A stretch of 55,794 nt of DNA, filler included, from Basidioascus undulatus (Eukaryota): NCBI GenBank assembly GCA_000826855.1. It is 5 parts of 5 records of this genome, joined end to end, with 100 filler letters (N's around TTAATTAATTAA, not from the genome) between each part and the next. Parts side by side here need not be neighbours in the genome. Positions count along the whole stretch, not along the records: positions 22,383 to 33,462 come from JTLS01001049.1; positions 33,563 to 44,629 come from JTLS01001050.1; 3 more parts are not named here. One strand, given 5' to 3'. Below, one piece after another: positions 22,440 through 36,648 of the stretch. The notes beneath the pieces are model-generated. The model was not told where the DNA came from and searched no databases. It was given only the letters and a program-made list of their open reading frames with translations. The translations under genes and the position numbers were made by a program. Position 1 is the stretch's first letter. Every line of letters starts with the position of its first letter.

Positions 22440-25400
22440 TCATCCGCGGCCCAGCCGCCGGCTGTGGTCAAGATCGAGAAGGTCCTGACGCGCAAGCGCG
22501 TTCTGCTTCCGCCGCGCCCTATCCTCTACAGCGAGCCGTCCGGCAACCTGAAGGGCTACAAGATGATACCCGTCAAGGAACTGCGCGAGGTGGGTGCTCG
22601 AGTAAAGAGTCGGAAAAGGGCGGAGAGGCGAGGGCCGAGCACTGACGCGCACACCGACCTCGTCACAGCTCTACCCAAACTCCACTCCGGGCGCATCAGC
22701 CCTATCCTTCCTGCCGAGCTCGTAGCGATAGTTCAGTACTACTCCGAGGTCCGAGGCATGGACCGCCGCCATCAGCCGCGGCGACTTCGACACCGAAGCC
22801 CTCTGCGCTCCCTGCTGGACAATCGCCGTCTCCGCCGCCGGGCCGTTCGTCGACGTCTTCAAAATGGAGACTTTCGAGGAGTGCCGCGCGCGCACCGCAC
22901 AGGAGCTTGAGGAGGCACAGCAGCTAGCTCGTGAGCGTCTTGCCGCGTACCAGCAGGCGCGCCGCGAGCACGGCAAGCTGTCGGAACGGGCTGGGAACGG
23001 ATGGAGGGCGGAGACAGACAGGGGAAGAAGAAGGGCAGCGGGGAGAAGGCGAAGGGTCTATCGCGAGCGGCGGAGCTGCTTAACGTATGAGCACGACCCC
23101 GCTCGATATCGCGCGCAGTGCGAGGTGCACGTCCGCGACATGGAGGCGTTCGTGGTCCGCGGCGGAGCAGATCTTGCCAAACGCCTGCGCGGTCCTGACG
23201 TCCACTTCGTCTGCATCGTGCCCTTTCAGGTCCCTGCGCTCGCGTCGCCGCCCGACCTCGTGCACTCGACTATCGCGCGCGGCCATCGATTCGCCTGCCT
23301 CGCTGCCTCCAAAGGCAAGTATGCGCCGCTCCTCCCGTTCCTGCAAGGCCACGGCGGTTTGTTCGTCTAGATCGGCGGGACCATTCTGTGCGTGTTCCTG
23401 TCCGAGCTTGCCGGCAGCTGAAGGAAGCTCATGATCTTTCGATTACCCAACAGCCGCTTCCTCTCGTATCTGCGGGACGACCTCGAACCGCCGACGTTTC
23501 GCGATCTCGCCGTCGCGCTAAGGGACCCTAAGCATCCGCTCACCGCGACTCTGTCGAACATGCTCGCCAGCGTTCCGGCCGAGGACAGCAACGTCCATGT
23601 CGCGAGCAACAGTGCAGTCATCGACGACCTGCGCGAGGAGAAGCCCGTGCACGCGCCCAGGGCACGGCCTCTTGGTCCGCGGCGAGAACGATTTCCCGTC
23701 GTTCCTGCTGCTGAAGAGCGTCGGGGGAGACCTCAAGTGCTCGGCGTGCCGGTGAGCTTTCTTTTTCGTATTGCTCCAACCGCTGTGCTGATTGTTTTAT
23801 CGCTCACGCACCTTTGCTGAAGGCCGTTCAAGTGGACGGCACTGTAAGTGACTGCCGGCGTCTCGCCCTCTCGGGTCTCCGTAGACTCGGCTGTGCGTCC
23901 GCCCGCGCCTGGGCAAGATAGGCGTGCCAGTCACTTTTTCGGGGTGACCTACTAGCAGGGCTTTTGTCTTCTACTGCCCTGCGCTGTTGTATCGGTCCTG
24001 ATTTCGACGATTTGCACACGGAGCGAATCTCCCGCCCAGCCAGAAGGCTTCCACCTGCTCGTCGCCACCCCGAAGTTCTCTCTCTTCGGCATTCCTTTTC
24101 CTTGCGCGATCTACGCTCGCCCGCTGTCGACGCTGCCCGGCTCGAAACGAGACTCGGTTGCGTGCGCCGACCACTCGTACGTGCTCCCCGAATGCTTGCG
24201 AGATCAGCTCGGACACGAGTGCGATATATTCAATATTCCTCTCTTTCCTTCGTGGATGGCTGCTGACGCTGCGCGGGCAGCTGCAATGGCGCCGAGGGCA
24301 TCGTCAACGTCATCATGGACCATCGGTCCGACCTTACGCCCGATGCTGTCCGCGATATGCTCGAGGCGTACCTCGCTCCGGACCGCGATGCGCCCATGGA
24401 CCCGCACCTCGCCGCCTTCGCCGCAGACTGGGCCGCTACGGTCGCCAACGCCGAGCGCGCGCAGGGCCGTTCGTGGGCGGAGATCCCCGTGTCCGCGGGT
24501 GTCGATGACGAGGGAACCTGTCAGGTGCTTTGCCACTCGCTGGTGATTTCAAGCCTCGCCGCTCACGGAGAAGGAGCGAACGGATGCACAGAGCCAGATT
24601 CTGTCTTCGTGGCGTCAGCGGAACAATGAGCGGCTGCAAGCTGTTGTAGGCGAGGTGAGTCCGTTGTCTTCGGGTACGCAGGCGACGAGACACCGGAATA
24701 ACAACATCGACGCTACGCCAGTCGCCAACATGCTTTCTGTCCGGCCGCCGCCTCGACGAGCGCTTCGTCCTGGACCACTGCCACGTCCGAGCCATTTCCG
24801 CGGCATCCTTGTCAGCGAGATCAACCTGCTCAGGGGGCATCTTGACAACCACAACATGCTGCACGTCGACCTCGGGCCGCTGCTCGCGCCGTCGGCGTTC
24901 GAGAACGCACCTGGCCCGCCGGGGCAGCACGTCTCTCTCATCTCGCGTCTCGTCGCGTACGTCTGAGTCCGCCTCGCCGGCGCTCCACCCCTTGCGGACG
25001 TACGCGCACGAGTTCGCGCGCCGCAACACCCTGCTCCTGCGGAGCTTTGACCTGCAAACCCGCCGGCCGCTGCCACCGGAGTTCTGCGAGGCGGCGGGCG
25101 TACAGATGGAGGACGAAAGCGTACCGGAATGGTACTTCGAGTTCCTGCAGCTTGTCGATCTTCCCGATATCAGCATTTATCTTAGTGCGTCGTGGTCTCG
25201 GCGAAGTGCCTGCTCTTCCCGGGATGCTGACGCTCATGATCCCCGCCAGACCCGCTCGACTTCTCATCGGCAACTCAGCCCTTCGTCGGCGAGGAGAAGA
25301 TGGACGTGTGGGTGCGTGCGGCGGCGGAGGACGAGGCGTCATGGTGCGTGTTCCGCTGCTGTGAAGGAGAGCTGGGAGGAGCACGGCATGCTGATGATAA
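22440..25400 (+). CDS. large hypothetical multi-exon gene or genes, with apparent frameshifts
   Basis: Successive plus-strand protein-like segments with high GC3 (VKIEKVLTRKRVLLPPRPILY; METFEECRARTAQELEE; DHRSDLTPDAVRDMLEAYL; VPEWYFEFLQLVDLPDISIYL) separated by GT-AG intron-like segments; family not recognised. Confidence 0.4.
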
Positions 25401-25691
25401 GCGACGGCGGACGGCAGAGCGGGGGTGTTGCGGTGAAGAACGTTCGGTTGCGGTTGCGAGCGAGTCTGTTTGTGGGCGAGATTGCGGCAAGCGGAAAGAT
25501 CGCTGTGGCGGCGATGTCATGATGAACGGTCGCTGTATGAATTCGAGACAAAGCTATTTGCGCCGAATTCGCAGATCTGCAATGAGTGTTGGTTACCGTG
25601 GCGAAGGCCGGTTGCGAGGCAAGCGCGAGAGGAGGGCAGGCGGCCTTTCGGGCTGGCAGACACGACCGGGCTGGCGCAAAGCAAATCCAGA

Positions 25692-28561
25692 TCAACTCAA
25701 GAACGACCCCAGGACCAAGAAGTGCAGGCCGATCGCGTAGACGACGAAGATTGCGCGGGCGCGTCGGCTGCCGAGGATGGCGCGCGTGAGCGTCAGAAGG
25801 CCCTTCTCGACAGGGTTGAGCGCTTGCACGGCTCGTGCGGCTTCCTATTCGGTCGTTGACCACCCAGCAATCAGCCCCAGCCCAGGCATGACGACAGATG
25901 ATGATGCGAGAGGGAAATGGTAGCGCACTCGTCCGCGGAACGCCTCGAACGGGTTCATGCTCTCCTCATAGATGTTGCGGTACTTGCCCATCTCGTCCGA
26001 GCGCGACGCGCCAAACGGCGAGGACGACGAGGGGCCAGCGATGGCCTGCTCGTCGCGGTACGACTGCATGTACCGAACCTTCTCGTACAGCTTGAGGTTG
26101 TCCGCCTGGAGCGACTTGATCTCGCCCCGGAGCTCGGAGATGGACTCGAACTGCTTGCGCAGCTCCTGTATAACGCGAGGGGCGCCAGACATCAGCCAAG
26201 AGACACGCGTGCGAGGTTGGGTTTGGGTCAGGACGAACCTCCTCCAGCTCGGCATTTCGTTGACGGAACCGGTCGCGCTGGGAGGTGACGATGGGGAGGA
26301 TGGAAGTGTCGGCTTGTGGAGCAAAGGGGATGCTATCGAATCGACCAGCGTCCTGAATGCCCCGTCAGATATCAGCAAGACCATAACAACACGATCGTCA
26401 CATCCTGGGGCGCACCGTCGACTTCTGCCCAATTTTCAATCCCGCCAGAGCATTCAGGCTACCCGAGCTGGAAGACTTGGTCAGGTCCCCGCCGGCGCCC
26501 GCATCTCCGTTCGGCCGGTTAATCTTGAGCAGATCGTTCTCCAGGCGCTCGTTCAGCGCGCGCTGCCGCTCGAGGTTCTCCTGCGCAGCAGCGAGCTCCG
26601 CTGCGCGCGCCTCTGCGCTTTGCGTCAGCTCGTCGTGTGCGACCTGAGTTCCGCATCAGCGGTCAGTGGTCGCTCCGCAGGCAAAAGAGAATGGTGTGGG
26701 GAAAAGGAAAGGGACGCACGCGCAGCTTCGTCAACTCGTCTTCGAGCCGCTTCGTCTTGGCCACGAGCAGGCTCTCAAGCGACTTGGCCTCCTTCGCGTT
26801 CGCCTTCTGCGCATTCGGGTCGGGGAGGTGCATCGACTCGTCCGCGTCCAGGTCGCCGCCGGAGAACTCGACATACTATCGCAAGGAGAATAGGGTCAGA
26901 TATTTGGTATGATGCATCGCATAATTTCCGCGCACCTTCATGATTTCCAGCTCGCGCTTGACCTCGTCGTAGTCCGCGAATTGGCGAACCTTGGCGCGAA
27001 GGCTCTCGGTCTCTGATGCCTGTAAAGGGTCGCTCATGCTTCAGCCGCGCCACACATAGGAGGCTGTCACACGTCCCACGCACCTTCGCGCCCAGCTCCT
27101 TAGCGATCTCCTCCTCACGCTTCGCAATGCCCCGCTCCGCCTGCGCCTTCTCGTCCTGGAGGGTCGACACCGTGCGCAGCAGGCGAGCAGACTCGGCTTC
27201 CAGATCGGTAATCTGAGTCTCCAGCTGCTTGACCCTGCGCGACCACCCCAACAATGAGTTTCCTTCCACCAACTGTGAATCGCGGCCGAGACGGGCGCAC
27301 CTGTCGTTGACCTTCCCACCGCTCCGGACAGATTCGATCTCGGCGCGCAGCGCCTCGTTGCGCTGCTCAACGGCGGCGACACGGCTGTTTGCGCGTTCGA
27401 GGTCGAGCGCGATCAGGTCGAGCTCCGCAAGCTTGGCGACTACCTCCTGATCTGCAAGACCCGGACCATGTAAGGGAAACTGGATGACGCAAGTCCGGTG
27501 GCATGGCAGTGTGAGGGAACGAACCTTGTCGCTGGGTGTGATCCAGCAACTTGGCCTGCGTAGAGTCGTTTGACGTCCGGAGGTCGCGGAGCTGGTCCTT
27601 GTGCACTTGCATTTGGCGGGACAGATCTCGCTCACTACCCAGCACGAGCACAACGCATGAGACGGCTGTGCTTTGCCCGGCTTCAGATCCAGAGGCGTAC
27701 CGCTCCTCGAAGTTGCGTATCCGCTCGTCATAGGTTGCGTTCAGCTCGTTCTCCTTCTGCATGACCTTCTCCTGGATCATCTCCTCCATCTGCCCGCCGC
27801 CACGACTCCTTCATCAGCCGTCCGCCGCCTAATATCTCCTTCCCGACTCCAGAGCGTTTAGGAACTCACCCTGCTCTCCAACCTCTCCACTTTCTCCTCC
27901 GCGCGCCTGCGCGCCTCCTTCTCCCGCTCGCCCTCCTCAACCTTGCGCTTAAGCTCCGCATTCTCCTCCCGCACCCGGCTCAGCGTGCTCTCGAGCACGC
28001 GCGCCTCCGCGACCTTCACGGCCTGGTCGACGGCGGCGTCGAGGAGGGGATACGGATCAGGCGCCTCGGCGAGGAGCTTGTAGACGTTCAGGAAGGCCGA
28101 CTCGGCAGTCTTGTTTCGTCGGGTGAGGGCGTCGATCTCGCCTTGGTAGGCTGCCAGGAACATCAAGCGTCGTCCCAGCGTAAAGAGGTGTAGAGGAGGA
28201 CTCACACTTCAGCAGACCCTTAAACGCATCCACCTTCGCATCATCCGGCAGCTTCTTGAACTCTAAAGCGCATTCCTCCCACCCAGTCAGTGCCAGGAGG
28301 ACGCCTCGCAACAACAGCTCCCTCGCACCTCGCGTGGACTCAGCGAGCTTCTTCCGCCCGACCATGCTCTCCTTCTGATTCTCCACGAGCTCCAGGCCCT
28401 GCGCATCGAGAGTCTTCTGGAGCTCCACAAGGTTGATATCTGTGTGTGGCAGCCGCAGCGCTCGAGTGTGAGCTGGACACTGTGGCTGCGCTGGAGGACT
28501 GGGACGGCGCCGGACCTTTCCATGTCGACAGCGCCGATGAGAAGTTGCTTTCGGTAGCCAT
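25692..28561 (-). CDS. COY1: Golgi coiled-coil CASP/Coy1
   Basis: MATESNFSSALSTWK|DINLVELQKTLD..YQGEIDALTRRNKTAESAFLNVYKLLAEAPDPYPLL; LQADNLKLYEKVRYMQSY; YEESMNPFEAFRGR; C-terminal TM segment FVVYAIGLHFLV. Confidence 0.93.
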
Positions 28562-30220
28562 GGTGGCCGACGTATTGCTACGCTGAGAGTGTGATGGAGG
28601 TGTAAAGGCCAAGATGGTCGTCGCAAGTCGCGGGAAGGGCGCGTCCGCCGCTGGTGGCTGTCTGTCACGCGCTTTAGAGGACGTACCGCGGTGCTCAGTC
28701 TGGCTCGGTATGCGTAGGCGTCTATTAACTGCATGACGGTGAAACTGGCTGCGATCAAATATGTCTAGGAGAACACTGGATAAAACCCAAAGCTGCGTGG
28801 CCGTTTCGTGTTGAGCATGACATACTGAAAGACGACAACAAGGGGTCATGGGAGACAAGCTGGAGTTCGCTGTCTGCAGCGTGATGCCGCCGAAAAGCAG
28901 GCTGATGGGCTTCCGGAGCTTCAGGTTTGCGTGTGTGCGCACTTCTTGAATTTCCAAGGAGTCTTCTTAAAGTCGTGACCTTAAGAAAAAGATTCGTGAT
29001 GGCCGACCTTGCGTTTGCCAATAACACGCACACCGCATATTTGCCAAGCTCTGTTGCAATTGGGTTGCTCGTTGAGAAAAGTCCCTTTCCGACAATTTCG
29101 AGGAGGTCCCCTGGCTACTTTTAGGCCAACTAGTGACGCACATGAGCGCTTGATGACTGCTTGCTCTGACATAGCTACTAGCAGGACACCCAACGACGCA
29201 TTGCGGACGACGATGTTCGTTTTAGTGCCGGTTCGTATCCACGAGGCGTTCGAGACTGCTGACCAGTCCACATACCTTTATTGTACATCATTCAGTCCGC
29301 TGTAGTTTCGGACCTACTCTCCTCCGCTCTCGTCCTTGTCCAAGTGCCTCACCTTCGCCCCACGCGACCGGGAAACGAGCTGTCTCAGAGCGTCAGTGAG
29401 CCGTCGGAGCAAGCCTTGTTGAGATTTTATGTATAGTGGCGGTACTGAAGCCATTGTTAGGTAGGAGGGCGGTTTTCACGACGGCGGTCGGCGGGGTGGT
29501 GATCAGGTCGGTTTGAGGGCATCTTGTGCCAGCTCGGGGGGGTTGGGGTTTGAAGGGGACTGGGAATGGGAGAAGAAAAGGTTTTCAGACGTGTTCCAAA
29601 AGGACAGTAGTGCTAGCCAGTGTGGATGCAGAGGCCGGTCGCAGATTCTCATCGCGTCCGCTGTGGACGACTCTTGCAGGCCAACACGGGTCTGCGGACA
29701 GTCCGTTTCCACGTTTCGGACGCCATGCTTCCTTCAAAACTAGCTATGGAATGGAGTAAAAGGAACAACATGAGGTGTTATTGACCATAAGTACGTTAGA
29801 ACGTTCGCACTGCATCGGTTGGGCGACTGTCGCTAGTGTTTTGTTCTTTTTCTCAATTTTCGTCTCACTCAGTTGCACGTAGGAATCTAAAAAAAATTAT
29901 GAGATGAGAACGTGATCCTTCGACCCAGCTCTAATATCTCGTGCTCCAACGCTATAGCGTGTGTGCTTTCGCTCGCCAAGAATAAGATGGCTCTTGCTCA
30001 GTCTAGAGCAGCGCGTCGGGGACATCCTGCGAAGATGGACTGGCTTGGAAACAGCTAGAAGAGTAACCCAAATTCTTCAACGCAACCCGGGTAGAATAGG
30101 GTTGTGAGGAGGATACGGACTCGCCGAGCCGAGCACCGCACCACCGGCTTTCATGCACAAATGTAACAAAGTGCTATACAACGAATTTCTTGGAAAGCCC
30201 TTCCAAGCCATAGAAGATAT

Positions 30221-32199
<1,979 letters not shown>

Positions 32200-32881
32200 G
32201 GTAGTGATGTATGCTGCAAGTTGTCCTTGAGCTCGAGACTGGAGATGATGAAGGTCGCGTTCAAGGGGGAGTCCATTCACCTCCCAATCCCCACCCGAAC
32301 GCTGGGGAGGGACTCGGCAAAGGGCCGGATGCCCGGACTGGCCGATCGAACCGTCGCTAACCGGCCTGTGTATTACCTAATAGATAACATTGGGCAGTCT
32401 CAAAGCGTACCTTCATATCCTGATGCATCAGCAAATTTCTTAGTGGGCTGGCTTCGCCTAGACACAAGGAGAACAGCAGTGGAAGCGAGGCGGTTGTGCG
32501 AGCCCACCTTCACAACTACTCCAGGCTGCTCGGCTCCCGTCCTGAAAGTTTAAATTGAAGCTCAGTGCCTGACCATCATGCCAAAAAATGCTACAGGGCA
32601 TTAGCGGCTTCTGCTATTGAGTGCGTCAATAGGTGGGATTTGGCGAACTCGCTGGGGCATTTCCCATTTGCGGCGCTGGAAGAGCATCCTTGCGAACTTG
32701 GACCTGGGACTCGAGCCAGAACAACCTTTGGGCAGCAGGTCGGGCAACAGGTATATGTCAATGCTCAGCACCCAAAGTCCTCTCAACTCAAACCAGAAAG
32801 CCCCACCCCCCGCCTTCATCCTCTCTATGCCTCCTCTCCGTCCACTTCCCGTCGCCATCCCCGCCCCACCCGTGTGCGCAC

Positions 32882-33342
32882 TCAGGGAAGCACAATGTAC
32901 TTCTGCAGGTGCTCCGGGACCGCTGTGTCGAGCTTCTTGCTCTCGAGCCACTTGCGCGAGAACAGGCGGGTCTGGTACCTGTTCCGCCCGCCGCAACACC
33001 GTCAGTTTCTCCGACTCTCCATGCGAGGAGCACGTCTCCGCAGACAAAGACAAGCCGAGGAGGGGAGGAGAGAAAGGGGATGGAAGGAAAAGACGCACCT
33101 CGCAGCGCCATCGCACAGGATGGTGACGACGCGCTTGCGGTCCGCGTGCGTGGACCCGAGGCGTTTGGCGACCTCGATGGCGGCGACAACGTTGAGCGCG
33201 GAGGACGCGCCGACGTAGATGCCCTCCTCGTCGAGGAGGCGGTAGACCATCTCAATGGACTTCTCATCGGGGACGGTGAACCCGCCGTCGAGGAGGTCGA
33301 TGTCCGGCTGAAGGTTCGCAGTCACGCGGCCCTGGCCGATAC
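32882..33342 (-). CDS. cysteine synthase (O-acetylserine sulfhydrylase, CysK-like), last two exons
   Basis: GIGQGRVTANL..MVYRLLDEEGIYVGASSALNVVAA..VVTILCDGAAR|YQTRLFSRKWLESK; 5' part lies beyond the contig end. Confidence 0.92.
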
Positions 33343-33462
33343 CTGATTTCCCCACCCACCACATTCACCTCTCAAATCAGCCATCTCATCCCAGCCCTTC
33401 CTTCCCGCCCAGCAGAAAAGCGGCGACTGCCAGGCGATGTCTAGGGGGGAAGGGAGGGCGCG

Positions 33463-33562
33463 NNNNNNNNNNNNNNNNNNNNNNNNNNNNNNNNNNNNNN
33501 NNNNNNTTAATTAATTAANNNNNNNNNNNNNNNNNNNNNNNNNNNNNNNNNNNNNNNNNNNN
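33463..33562. other. artificial contig linker
   Basis: N44-TTAATTAATTAA-N44. Confidence 0.99.
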
Positions 33563-33929
33563 GGAGCGCGTGGAGCGGCGAAGACGAAGACGAACGGTCG
33601 GCGGTCGTGTGCCAGCTGTATGGCGCTATCACATGAAAATTGTCCATTTTTTGTTTCCAGCCTTATGCCCGGGGTCCGAGCGCGGGTCCAGGGCCCAGAA
33701 GCTTCGGTCCGGACTGCACACTTTCACACTTTCACACTGTCAATGAACGTGCACGAACGTGGACTGCGAAGTTACAGTCTGTTTTTCTGCAGTTGTTCGA
33801 TGGTAATGGTTGAGCGTCTTGGGAATCGAAGGAGAGTGCAGGCTTGAGCGAGACTGAGGCGGAAATAGCGCACACTGATAAGGGTGATTGACGCAGCCTT
33901 TCAGCGACTGTATTCTTGCATGTGTCTAC

Positions 33930-34787
33930 TCACATAGACCTGCTGAAGAGGGCAACATCGAGAAGGTGGGAAAGGTCGGAAACCGTGCACGCCTCGCGCT
34001 AGAGCTGGGGCCTTGTAAATCTGGTCAAGGCAGTCGATTAGGAAAAGCTTACTGCGATGCTGGCCTTCTGAAAGAGCTGGCCCCTGATACTTCCGGTCGC
34101 TGGTTCTGAGAAAATCCAGCGGTCAGCGACGCAGCGCCTCTCCCTTCAGCCCACGCCGCAGCCGCAAGCGAAGCGTACCCTGAGCCGTCTACCGCCCCGC
34201 TCGGGTTGAGCTGGTTTAACATGGGAGGACGACTCGTCCGCCGTATTATGCTCGGGTTGACGTCGCTGACGTTCTTCCGAGCAGGAACGGGTTCACAGAG
34301 CTCTTCGTCCTTCCTGTTGAGGAGGTACTCGAACGGTTTGCGAAAGAAGTGGCTGTCTAGCAGAGTCGGTCAAAGATGCAGGCTAGCGCATGCTCGGGAT
34401 TCCACTTCGGACCCACTTACCGTCGTACGAGTACCGTTATGAGAGAGATCCCCGTGGCTGAGCCGGTGAACATGAGGAGATACAGAACTACTTGCTGCCA
34501 GACTGCTAAAAGCGTCAAAAAGCATACCAACCTCGAGGGGGTCGACGCTGGTAGACCTTGGAGACAGCGGGATGGTGCTCAACCCGCAGACCATGAAGGC
34601 CGAAACGCAGACGATAGCGAATGGATATAGGAAACATGCGTCTCCCCGTTCGAAGCGTGGAAGACGCCGGCAACGATGGGAGGAGCGGACCAGGAGATGA
34701 GTTCAGATTGCTTCCAAGCCATTGAGTGAGTTGGTAGAAACGCCGCATGAGCGCACGGCGAAAAGGATTCTGGAGGTGTCCCAACAT
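33930..34787 (-). pseudogene. Trk-family K+ transporter N-terminal region with frameshifts
   Basis: Pieces in different frames: WLGSNLN / PPIVAGVFHASNGETHVSYIHSL / VCVSAFMVCGLSTIPLS / VWQQVVLYLLMFTGSATGISLITVLVRR|HFFRKPFEYLL, matching the first MPM repeat of fungal Trk. Confidence 0.7.
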
Positions 34788-36648
34788 GTCCCTCGGCAAC
34801 CCTCGGCGGCTCCACAGGCCGAGAAGTGGGAAGAGTGTGCGTATCTAGATGGCAGGGGAGGAAGGAGGACGAACAAAACTAATGTCAGAAGAAGTTCAAT
34901 CCACTGGGCTGTGTTGAGGTCAGACTCCCAGGCAGAGCGCGACTGTCTGGCCAGTACCCAGAGCTGCGCAGTCAGTCTGCCTGCACTTCCAGTGTCCAGT
35001 TCATGCCCGTGTGGACACACACTGGCCAGCAAGCACCCTGTGGTAAACCAACTAATCAGAAAACCCAGTCGGAGTTATAGTATCCAGCACTGGACACTGA
35101 ATACAGTGATGAGCATTAGTAGATTTATATCTCCGTTCAAGTTTGCAGGCGGACACTCTGGACCTACTGCCCGATTTCAGGGCAATCCCACTTGTTGTTA
35201 CAAAGCATCAACTTTCATTTTGAGTACTCTCCAGTCTGATATTTTGCGTATCTGTTGAAGTCCGCTTTGATGATCTTACGGGTAAACACATGAGGGCGGT
35301 CAGGGGCAGTGGGACTCCTTTTCTTGGCAGCGCGCGGTCTGACATTCTTTCATCTTGATCCTTCCGTCTCTCTTTTCAGGTCCATACCTCGTTTCATACA
35401 CGCCCATTCATCAAAGTTCCCTGAGACTGAGCGTCGCCACTATCTGATGTGTCGTTCATAATGCAGGCCTTCACGGAGCACGGTGTGCCTTTTGCTTCTG
35501 CATTTACGAGCAGAGTTTGTGGACTCAGGTCAAACAGCCCATGGGTTTTATTAGGATACCAGAATACGCACACTTCCCTTCCTGGGCTTATCTCGATTGG
35601 CCACACATTTGTCTTGGACCGCTGCGAGATACCCACTCTTGATGTTACGAAGATGCTGACTTGTCTCTTTTCATCCGCCACTCAGCATGATCTGCTGCTG
35701 GACAACACACTGATAGCTGAGTTTTTCACTGTGAATCTCCACCTTCCTTTCGATCCGATGTTGTTCATGTGGCTGTATCCTTGCAGCCTCAGACTGTTCG
35801 CTATTTGAAACAATGCGTAGCGTTCTTTGTCTCGTCTCAAAGCTAGAAAGGTGGTGCATGGGCTGGAAGTAGACTTCGATACTTGCATCATATACCCTGT
35901 CAAATTAAATACTTTTGAGCTGCATACAACGCTTGCCACATCCGCAAGCTGGCAAGGTTGCATGGTTGGGGAAAAGCAAGGTGCAGAAAGCTAGTGGATT
36001 GAGCGTGCGATATACAATAAATTTGGTGATTTCCTGGGACCTTTCAGAACCGAGCATCATCCTCCAGAACTGCACAGCACAGACCAGTGGCATCCATTGG
36101 GAACACATTCTCTAGAGCAGTGCGTGCTGCGCAGTTACTGTTCAGTGACTAATCAGTCCATATGGCATCACTGGACAGCTACATTGGATTATGGAAGGTT
36201 GCAGGGCAGTGCTGAACAGACCTCGCAGCCACTGGGCCTGTGGGGGCACTGGATCAGTCCTGGAAGGTTGCTTTGGATCCTTCGCTTAAAGCTGCCACCG
36301 GGGAAACGGTCGCTTCCACTGCTATCGACCTTGAATGTCAAGTCATTTTTCCGTTCTTTGGCCGCATACACATGCCTATAATGCAATGCAACTGGTTCTA
36401 GTAGTGCATCATTGCGCAGTTTCATAGCCTAATTCGCATTTTCAATGCATTGATTCTCCTGAAAGAAAAGAAAGTGGCTGCGTAGAACCTTGTCGGCGTC
36501 AGAATTCCTTGCGGTGTTTGCCGATTTCCCGCGGTCTCGAGCTCCGGCTCGGGCATTCCGCTCATCCACCATCTTCACGGCGTTAAAGGCTTCCTTCCTG
36601 CCCTCACCATCTTCGCACTCTTTACCCGGCGGCCTTTCCCAAAACGCC

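Noticed and set aside
35105..35239. GTGATGA..CTGA pair as a box C/D snoRNA
   Set aside because: Only a 3-bp terminal stem, no recognisable guide, not in an evident intron
35300..36420. Lower-GC stretch with stop-interrupted minus-strand ORFs as a transposase or RT relic
   Set aside because: No catalytic motif recognisable; cannot be supported from the sequence alone
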